A stretch of DNA of 64,000 nucleotides from Histomonas meleagridis 2922-C6/04-290x. Taxonomy: Eukaryota; Protista; Parabasalia. This document shows positions 55,917-64,000 of this stretch, piece after piece. A model generated the notes under the pieces. That model saw nothing but the letters and a program-made list of their open reading frames with translations, ran no database searches and had not been told where the DNA came from. The stretch's first letter is position 1. Each line of letters starts with the position of its first letter. Where the stretch lies: the NCBI GenBank assembly GCA_020184695.1, contig JAANOX010000202.1, positions 62,001-126,000 on the forward strand, in the 5' to 3' direction. Made by a program: the position numbers and the translations under genes.

Positions 55917-57365
55917 ATGTTTACTTGTTCCAGGCTTGTTGATAGGGCAACTACTGATGATAATCTTCCACCTCCAGGTATGTGTCTTGCTGAAGCAGTA
56001 CAATTAGCCAGAGATGATCCTGCAAATGTTCAACGTCTTATTAAATATGCTTGCAAAAAACTTACAGTTCCACGTGTTAATGTCCGAATTAAGGCTCTTA
56101 GGCTTATGAGTCATCTTGCTCAAAATGGACCATCATCTGCAGTTCAAGCAGAAATCAAGTTATACTCATCTACAATTTCTGATTGCATTGGATGGAGAGG
56201 GCGTCCAGATCCTCTTCGCGGTTATGAGCCATATCAAGAAATGAAAGATGTCGCCCAATCTCTCTTAGATCTCATTTTTACATCTGGTCAAGCAACTGTA
56301 CAACATTTCGCCACAACAACTCCTACAGCTGCTCCAACTCAACGTGTTGCCAGTGTAAGTACTATGGAATCTTATGGTAATGATCAATACATTACACAAC
56401 CAGTATCTCTTGATCCAGTAAATCATGATCCAACAGCAAACCGCACACTAGAAAACATCACAGGTTTCTTCAGCCGTACATTCGGTGGTCAAAAAGCGCC
56501 TGTTGTATCAAAATATGGAAGTGCATCAAATGTCAGTGGAAACGTACCTGGAACAACACAAGGAATGTATGTCCATCCAATGTATCAAACAGCACATACA
56601 CAACCTCCAACCTATCAAAGTCCAAATACAAATACATATCAACCTCCACAACCAGCACAACCAGCACAACCGCAAATTCCATCATATACACCACCTCCAC
56701 CTCCACCACAGCGTGGCCAATTCCAACGTCTTGAAGCAGATTTCTCATGGTCCAAAAAGAAGCCATCAAATCCAATTCCAGAACGCTCCAAAAATGTTGC
56801 TGACACACCAGCCTCCAAATTCCTCAAAGTTACTGGCGGCCGAGCTCTTCCAACAAATGGTGAAATCACTGCATTCAAAGCGTCCATTGTTCCAGAGTCA
56901 CTTGTTGAGCTCACTGAAGCTCTTAACAGCTCTGAGTGGAAGGTTAAGGTTAGGGCTATATATGGATTGGAAGTTTTCGGCGAAAAGTTCGGAATCGGAA
57001 CAGTTGCACACGTAAAGAAGGAGGTCGAGAAGCTGAAAGTTGCTCCGCAGGCTTCGCTTCGCTCCGCAGCGATTCGCTTCTATGCGTCGATCGAAAATGT
57101 CGAGCCAACAGATATGCCCGAGCAGCCATCCGCATTCACCTTCACAGACGAGGCACAAAGCGAACCGCCGCAAGAGGACGAAGAGCAGCAGAACGCATTC
57201 AGCTTTGTGACAGAAGAAAATGTTAATGAAAAGGAAGTTAAGAAAGAAGAACCGAAACAAGAGGAAGTAGAAGCTCATGAGGAAGAAGCTAAAGAAGAGG
57301 TACAACATGTTGCAAATGAGGAAGAAGAACAAAAGGAAGAAAAAGAAGTTAACGAAGAGCAATAA
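55917..57365 (+). CDS. TEPSIN: Tepsin (AP-4 accessory ENTH/VHS protein)
   Basis: RATTDDNLPPPG, VRIKALRL, WRGRPDPLRG match the tepsin ENTH domain; a second VHS-like domain follows (EWKVKVRAIYGL). Confidence 0.8.
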   Translation: MFTCSRLVDRATTDDNLPPPGMCLAEAVQLARDDPANVQRLIKYACKKLTVPRVNVRIKALRLMSHLAQNGPSSAVQAEIKLYSSTISDCIGWRGRPDPLRGYEPYQEMKDVAQSLLDLIFTSGQATVQHFATTTPTAAPTQRVASVSTMESYGNDQYITQPVSLDPVNHDPTANRTLENITGFFSRTFGGQKAPVVSKYGSASNVSGNVPGTTQGMYVHPMYQTAHTQPPTYQSPNTNTYQPPQPAQPAQPQIPSYTPPPPPPQRGQFQRLEADFSWSKKKPSNPIPERSKNVADTPASKFLKVTGGRALPTNGEITAFKASIVPESLVELTEALNSSEWKVKVRAIYGLEVFGEKFGIGTVAHVKKEVEKLKVAPQASLRSAAIRFYASIENVEPTDMPEQPSAFTFTDEAQSEPPQEDEEQQNAFSFVTEENVNEKEVKKEEPKQEEVEAHEEEAKEEVQHVANEEEEQKEEKEVNEEQ

Positions 57366-57558
57366 ATATTCTTCACTTGAGCATTTGTTTTTGGTTATTT
57401 GTTTAATTACGCCCTATTTAATTTATTAATGTTTCGTGTGTAAATAAGTTCAAAAAAGATGAAACATTTTGACAAAAAAATTTGATTCGAGTTTGAATTC
57501 ATTGTATCTTTTTGTTAAATTTAAATCGTAACATATTGTAATTTAAAATTAATCAGAT

Positions 57559-57640
57559 GGTACTTTGGCCGAGTGGTCTAAGGCGTTGGATTTAAGCCCC
57601 AATACCGAGAGGTGCGTGGGTTCGAACCCCACAGGTACCA
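57559..57640 (+). tRNA. tRNA-Leu(TAA)
   Basis: GGTACTT/AGGTACC acceptor, GGCCGAGTGGTCTAAGGC D-arm, loop TTTAAGC, long variable arm, GTTCGAACCC, followed by a T-run terminator. Confidence 0.95.
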
Positions 57641-57756
57641 TTTTTTTTTTTGAAAGAAACAAACAATTTGGTTTTGAGGTAAATATTTTTTTTCTTTTTC
57701 CAAATTCGAAAGTAAAAAAGAAAACGCTTGTTTTAAATGAATATGTTTATGTAAAC

Positions 57757-58497
57757 TTAAACAATTCCTTCATCTTTGTAATCATCCTCATTTACATCAA
57801 ACATTTCATTGATTTCCCTACGAACATCAAATATTGATTCACGTGTAAGAACCATAACATATCTGTAATATTCAAGATCTTGGAAATCGCCTTCCTCGCC
57901 TTCTGTCTTAAATTCTATCCTTAGCATTGCATTTTTGAAGAACACTTGATCTTCGGCATTTTGAAACTCAAGTCCTTCTTCACCTTTCACAGCTTTTTTA
58001 ACGAGAATATAATGTGTAAATTTATAAGAATCTCTTTCTTCTTGTGTTTCACAGTCTTCTGTCGCCCATTCAATTTCCTCAAAAAGGCCTCTGATTAAAT
58101 GTGGTATTAATTGAGGTGGAACGCCATATGCTCTTTCATCCAGAAGCAATCCAACAGAGGGTAGGAAATTTCCAAGTATTTGATTAAGCGAAGGATCATT
58201 CAAGCTTAGGAGCCAATTTATAAAATTACTAACAGTTGCATAATTTTGAAAGTATCCTAAGTTAACAACAGAAGTAAATCCGAACAATGATTGATCGTCT
58301 TCATCTTCTACATATGCAAGTTTTATGCAAGTACCAACGCGTTTTTGTCCTGTAATAATTTTACTTAATTCAACTCTTTCTACATTTAAATATTTTGGAA
58401 TAAATCCTGCAATTGCTGGTGCATCGCTTGGAAGCATGTCCATAAAACCAAATGTTGCCTCTATTTGTTCAAAATTTTCCTCGTCGTCTTCATTCAT
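57757..58497 (-). CDS. BCCIP: BCCIP/Bcp1 protein
   Basis: EATFGF, RVGTCIK, SLFGFTSVVNL, GLLLDER..VPPQLIPHL. Confidence 0.85.
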   Translation of the reverse strand: MNEDDEENFEQIEATFGFMDMLPSDAPAIAGFIPKYLNVERVELSKIITGQKRVGTCIKLAYVEDEDDQSLFGFTSVVNLGYFQNYATVSNFINWLLSLNDPSLNQILGNFLPSVGLLLDERAYGVPPQLIPHLIRGLFEEIEWATEDCETQEERDSYKFTHYILVKKAVKGEEGLEFQNAEDQVFFKNAMLRIEFKTEGEEGDFQDLEYYRYVMVLTRESIFDVRREINEMFDVNEDDYKDEGIV

Positions 58498-58676
58498 TTC
58501 GGATTTTACTCGACCACGAAAGCAGACCGTTAATTATTTTTGGTCTGGTAGCGCTTTTGCAAATAAATAACAGGATTCAATGGTTCACAATCTCATAGTG
58601 TGTATTTGGCGCCATTTGATGTCAGAAAAGGAATTGAATTAAAAGTGACATTTGGGATCTAATTTTATTTAAAGCT

Positions 58677-60720
58677 ATGATTTCGCCAAAGCACAGACCT
58701 AATGATGATATTACTTCCATAAACACAGGAGATAAAAATTTGAGTAATTCATCAACCTGCTTGAAATTCCTAATTGTGCTTGAGAAAACCATATTCGCTT
58801 TAACCGAAGAAAACTTCCAGCCATCCATTAAAAAAGTAATGAAATTTTTTGATTCAAATTTTTCAAATACATTTAATACTATTATAAGTAACATCGTTTA
58901 TAATGCATTTTCATCACGAAAACAAGCATTCGATATTTACTTAAATTTTTTAAAGACACTTCAAATGAAAGAAGAAGAAATTAATCAAAATATCGTTAAA
59001 CTATTATCAATTTTTATCAAACGTGTATCTACAAAGAACACACAAGAATCATATTATTTAATTGAGAAAATGATTGAACAAAATTTAATTGATAAAAATA
59101 TCACTAAAAATATTAATTCAAAATATTTTTCTCATTATAAAGCAAAAGAAGAAAACCAAAACCAAAATCATTTGCCATTTGGGTATAATAGAAACGATCC
59201 AATAGAAAAATACTTTTTGGATAATTATGAAGAACTATCAAAGAATGATTGGGAGCTCCATAAGAAGTATATTAAAGAAGGACATAATCCAAATGAAATT
59301 GCAAAAGTAATTCGGAATGATGAAATAGAAAAACTTCAAGAAATATCATCACAAACAAACTTCGATTTTAATCAAACAATTGAACCATCACTTTATGAAA
59401 GATGTTCATTTATTAACAAAGAAAATGTTACATTAATTGATTATGCAGCATTCTTTTCTTCAGTTAAATGTTTCAAATATTTACTTATGAATAATGTAAA
59501 TGTAAATAATACAGGTAAATATGCAGTTGCAGGTGGAAATGAAGAAATTATTCATTTATGTGAACAGAATCATTCATCATTTGAAGGTTCATATGAAACA
59601 GCAATTAAATTCCATCAAAATGATATCTTTAAATATGTTTATGAGAATAAATCAGAAAAACACAACCAAATTCAATGTTTCGAATGTTAGAGAATAAAAC
59701 TAATGATTTGGTAAGTTTTTGTATTAAACAAGACAATTATGAAATTTTAGCATTTTTTTGGAAGAAAAAGGAATTAATGTTAATCCTGTTAATATTAATG
59801 AAACAGCAAGAAATGGAAATTTATATCTCGTTGAATGTTTCCTTCAAAATAATCAAATTCCTATAAATATTTTGTTATTTGCTTCTGAATCAGATAATAT
59901 CGAACTTGTGAAATATGTTTTAGATAAAGAAGAAATTGATGTTAATGCGAAATATATTCATTTGAATAATTTGAAATATGTTTTAATAATTTAGAATATG
60001 TTTTAATAATTTAGAATATGTTTTAATAATTTAGAATATGTTTTAATAATTTTGGATATGTTTTAATAATTTGGAATATGTTTTATTAATTTGTAATATG
60101 TTTTAATAATTTTGGATATGTTTTAATAATTTTATATATGTTTTAATAATTTGAAACAGCACTTCATATAGCAGTTAGAAATAATAATATAGAAATAGTA
60201 AAATTACTTTTAGATAAAGGAATTGATGTTAATGCAAAATATATTCATTTGAATAATTTGGAATATGTTTTAATAATTTTATATATGTTTTAATAATTTG
60301 AAACAGCACTTCATATAGCAGTTAGAAATAATAATATAGAAATAGTAAAATTACTTTTAGATAAAGGAATTGATGTTAATGCAAAATATATTCATTTGAA
60401 TAATTTGGAATATGTTTTAATAATTTTATATATGTTTTAATAATTTCAAACAGCACTTCATATAGCAGTTAGAAATAATAATATAGAAATAGTAAAATTA
60501 CTTTTAGATAAAGGAATTGATGTTAATACAAAAGATATTCATTTGAATAATTTGAAATATATTTTAATTATTTTGGATATGATTTAATAATTTAGAATAT
60601 GTTTTAATAATTTAGAATATGTTTTAATAATTTCAAACAGCACTTCAAATTGCACAACAAAAAGGTTACACTGAAATAGTAAATTTACTGAGTGAAAAAC
60701 GACCAAATTCGAATTCATAA
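58677..60720 (+). CDS. DUF3447-ankyrin gene, locus C (two homopolymer frameshifts near 59657 and 59755); 4 ankyrin repeats preceded by 200, 60, 60 and 100-nt inserts
   Basis: Inserts at 59956-60155, 60243-60302, 60390-60449, 60537-60636. Repeats TALHIAVRNNNIEIVKLLLDKGIDVNAKY; C-cap TALQIAQQKGYTEIVNLLSEKRPNSNS*. Confidence 0.82.
59956..60155 (+). repeat. 10 x 20-nt minisatellite forming the first insert of locus C
   Basis: Unit atatgttttaataatttNNN (NNN = gaa, aga, tgg, gga, gta, tat); first unit attcatttgaataatttgaa. Confidence 0.95.
60156..60636 (+). repeat. Near-identical 147-nt higher-order repeats (87-nt ankyrin exon plus 60-nt insert; third copy has a 100-nt insert)
   Basis: Copies start at 60156, 60303 and 60450. 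Confidence 0.92.
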
Positions 60721-60949
60721 CGATCTTCTACAATCATCAAATCTTCATTTTCAATAAAAAATAGAAATTAGGCATATATTGCTAATAATCAAAATCAACT
60801 CGAAGATCAAATGTTCGCAAAAAACACCAGAAGGAAAAGTATCAAATCAAAAGTTGATATAAACATACAAACATACGAAAATCATCTTTTGTTGGAAATT
60901 TTTTAATGTCCTCAACGAATATGTTCATTTTACTCAAGTTTAACCAATC

Positions 60950-61821
60950 TTAAGTTATTTTATCGAGAACCTGACCAATCAAAACAAATATTAAAGATGT
61001 ACAGTTAATCTTGAAAGCAGAGTTTCAGCGATCTAAACAAGATTGACACACTTCTACTGTTTCATACCCTGATTCATTAAAACTTCATCCCGCATCTTTT
61101 TGAATGATTTATGCCAATCGTTATCGTAAGATCAATAAACCTTTCAATCATCGTGGCCCTGACACATATGCAAATTCCAGGTTTTCTACCCGTGCAACAT
61201 ACGAATTATGATAGACTAGCTGGTGATAAGAAAGAACATTTGAATAATATTTTAGACTTACTGAAGACTCCAACAAGATTGGCAGATGGAACAATTCAGA
61301 AAAATCTGACGAAACGAAAATACCAAAAGGTACGCTAAAAACATGGAGAAAGAAGCTTCTAGCGAATCCAAATTCAACATTAATTGTACATGGAGCCAAA
61401 GGTGTATCAAGAATACTTAATAGGCAGATTGAAGACTCAATTTATACAAAGATTATGGAAGATTGTATTCAACAGAGAAGATATTGTTCGTTGAAAACAG
61501 TTCAGACAGATAGATGAACCAAATGCATATTTACTTTGGGATCTGCATTCGTCTCACAGAGATGAAGAAGTTCAAAGTTATTCGACAAAAAGAAATATTC
61601 AATTGTCATATATCCCAGCTGGTCAAACGGGCAAGTGGCAACCATTAGACAGAAGTATATTTGGAAAGTTTTAAAAAAAGTGTCACTATGAATTCGAAAA
61701 ATACCTAATAAACAATAGCATCGATGAATATGATATCATTGATGCTATTGTAATACTATTAGATGCTTGGGAGGAGATTCCCAATGAAGTGATTAGGAAT
61801 TCCTGGAAACATTTAACCTAA
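60950..61821 (+). mobile_element. Degenerate pogo/Tigger-like DDE_1 transposase remnant
   Basis: SDET.., AYLLWDLHSSHRDEEV..NIQLSYIPAGQTGKWQPLDRSIFG, and C-terminal AWEEIPNEVIRNSWKHL*, broken by stops and frameshifts. The left boundary is approximate. Confidence 0.8.
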
Positions 61822-61917
61822 AATTGATTAAAAAAAATCTTAAAAGTTCTTAATAAACACTTAAAACGTATAATATTTTTCTTATTTACAACTCATTTTA
61901 GCAATTATATGGATGAA

Positions 61918-61961
61918 ATATTATTTGGCCGGCCAAATAATATATATATATATATATATAT
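61918..61961. repeat. Perfect 26-bp palindrome running into a (TA)n tract
   Basis: atattatttggcc|ggccaaataatat at 61918-61943, with (TA)n continuing to 61961. Confidence 0.9.
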
Positions 61962-62645
61962 GTTCAGATTTTTCCAATTCAGACACATAATTTTATTATA
62001 CTTCTCATAACAAATTTTTAATATTAATTTTACTTGGAGATTTTCAGAATTTAAAATGTTATTTCAGAAATAAAATTTTACCGCCAAAAAATTTTTTTTT
62101 CCAGCGAAGATTTTAATGGACAAAAAGTAGATGAAATATGCTCAAAATTATGAAAAACATTATATCAAAAAATGATTAACAAATGCGAAGTCTATAATAA
62201 GTTTAAGTGAATTTAATATTTTATAATTAGAAGATTTTTATTTTTTCTATTTAACCACAAAATATGATAGCTCTTCAATTATACTGGATTTTATCTAAAT
62301 AAATGTTGTTGGTATTTTGCTTACATTTTTCTAGAAAGAGAAAATTGATTATTCTTCAATACAAAAATTACAATTTTTAAACAAAATAGTAGAATACTTT
62401 TATTCATCGTACTGAGATTTATTTAGTTTTCTATGTCAATATACCTCAATTTTGTTTGGTTTCAGGATTTTCAAGAAAAACATGAGAAAAAATACGTTAT
62501 TTGGGCTTAACGTACGTTGCGGGACGAAGTGAATAAGGGTAAGATAGTTTTTGTATCTGAAGATAAACTATTCAATAATTGAGAATAGAGCGACCGTTAC
62601 GATGTCCAAAAACGATCCGCCCAAATATTATAACATTTTTTAGTC

Positions 62646-63392
62646 ATGACCAATAGAATTTGCATAATTCCACACGGTGACCCTAAAGCAGCACAAGAAG
62701 TTGCTATGACTCTTTCACCAGAAGGTAAGCCAATTGAAATCAAAAATAAATATTTTGAAGCATCACTTAAACTTGATTTTGATGTAGGTGGCAAACCACC
62801 TGCTGTTTTATGGATCAGTGATTCACATTACTGTGACAAAAACATACCTCCTTCTGGTCAATATAAAGATGCCGAACTTCGGCTTCTTTTAAGAATTATT
62901 GATGAATCTTCCAATGACGAAATCCCACAACCACTTCAAGATTGGGAACTAGATAACTTTGCAGAAATCGTTAATGTCAAGCTAAGTACATTAGCTGCTG
63001 AATTTCGAAAATTCCATGAAGGAAATGGACGTTCATCTCTTCTTGACACACAAGCACCACCTGCTGGTTGCCGAATCCTTGAAGCCTTGGAAATGGTTAA
63101 TTGGCCTATCAAGACATCAGCTGGTAAACCTCTCATTGAAAAGAAAATTGAACGACTTGTTGCATTAATGAAGAATACTGATCCGGAGAATGATTCTTTT
63201 GACCAAGCTATGTCGCTTATGATGGAATTAAAGTCTGAAATTCCAAATCTTCCAGATGATCAACGGCATAAGTATGCAGCACAAGTTGCAATGGCATTTC
63301 AAAGCATGTTGGAATTCGAGGAGGAAGAAGAGGAACAATTTGAACCAAAACACGAATACACAGCAATAAAAAGTGACGATGGCGAAGAGTAA
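62646..63392 (+). CDS. AAGAB: Alpha/gamma-adaptin-binding protein p34 (AAGAB/Irc6)-like
   Basis: IKNKYFEASL, WELDNFAEIV, RILEALEMVNWP, SFDQAMSLMMELK..LPDDQRHKYAAQVAMAF. Confidence 0.82.
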   Translation: MTNRICIIPHGDPKAAQEVAMTLSPEGKPIEIKNKYFEASLKLDFDVGGKPPAVLWISDSHYCDKNIPPSGQYKDAELRLLLRIIDESSNDEIPQPLQDWELDNFAEIVNVKLSTLAAEFRKFHEGNGRSSLLDTQAPPAGCRILEALEMVNWPIKTSAGKPLIEKKIERLVALMKNTDPENDSFDQAMSLMMELKSEIPNLPDDQRHKYAAQVAMAFQSMLEFEEEEEEQFEPKHEYTAIKSDDGEE

Positions 63393-64000
63393 ATAATGAA
63401 ATGCATCAAATAAACAATGTGAAACTAAGCACAAAATAATTCATAGTTTTAAATATTTATGTGAATTTATATCATGTGCAAATTGTTTTTCTTTAGATTA
63501 ATTTTTTGTTGGATTGAATTCTAATGAAATGTTATGCAAAATAATATTTTAATTACAAAAAAATATTTCAAAACATGAAAAATTTTAATGAATCAAATGT
63601 TTAAAAACCATTGATCTTGTTATATCATATGATAAAAAATATTATAATGACATTTCTAACGTTTCTTCTATTCAAAAATTGGAACAAGATGGTGGAAATG
63701 TTGTTGTGTTGAATTTTGTTGTTCCACAAGTTTCACTTAATGTGTTTGAATATCTTTTTGTTAGTGGCGTTGTAATTGAAGCTAACGATGTTTCGATATT
63801 TTCTAATGTAATACCTGGTGTTTTCATTCGTATTTGAACAAGGTTGATGATCATCCGTAAATGATTGCATTCAAAATACCACATTGTAACTCGAAACTTA
63901 ATAAATTTTCTCCAAAGTTTGTTTCTCTAGAAATTAATTTATTTCATATTGGTGATGAAGTATATTTATTTGTTTTAGTTCCATTCCACAAGTTATTAGC

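Noticed and set aside
57586-57602. A-C mismatch at the anticodon-stem base of tRNA-Leu(TAA)
   Set aside because: A single 31-39 mismatch is tolerated in many tRNAs or could be a read error; not informative alone.
59956-60636. CRISPR-like appearance of the repeat/insert arrays
   Set aside because: Eukaryotic context, no cas genes, no unique spacers; the longer units translate as ankyrin repeats.
63640-64000. 70-aa minus-strand ORF at the window end
   Set aside because: No recognisable motif and probably truncated by the window edge; it cannot be assigned.

Overview
This window is 64 kb of very AT-rich, gene-dense, intron-poor eukaryotic DNA. The likely source is a parabasalid (trichomonad or tritrichomonad). 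The evidence is DUF3447-ankyrin genes, CCTTT motifs before ribosomal-protein genes, a 25-nt GT..CTAAC-N4-AG intron and a 95-nt GTATGT..ACTAAC-N4-AG intron. Most genes are housekeeping: MCM2 (partial), SNRNP40-like, two CAMK-group kinases, a WAVE/WASH-like protein, RPS9, Arf, a saposin precursor, RPL24, NOC3, CCDC25, Sec23/24-like, VPS13, SmG, CFAP300, a Rab, MRE11, PRP39, tepsin, BCCIP, AAGAB, tRNA-Phe and tRNA-Leu. The main anomaly lies in five DUF3447-ankyrin loci. Each downstream ankyrin repeat (mostly 29-30 codons) is separated from the next, at the same point in the beta-hairpin, by an AT-rich insert with no conserved GT-AG or branch motif. The inserts are built from a 20-nt unit. I counted 30 by hand: 14 are exactly 80 nt, and 40, 60, 100 and 200 nt also occur. 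They fall in all three frames and often carry stops, while the flanking ankyrin codons stay intact. This points to a non-canonical RNA excision or recoding system I do not know a description of; the mechanism cannot be determined from DNA alone. Secondary findings are an intron-hosted box C/D snoRNA (snR73/SNORD35-like target) in a near-noncoding host, an AUG-less MRE11, and a pogo-like transposase remnant beside a 26-bp palindrome. The assembly shows homopolymer indel errors, so single-base frameshifts need caution.
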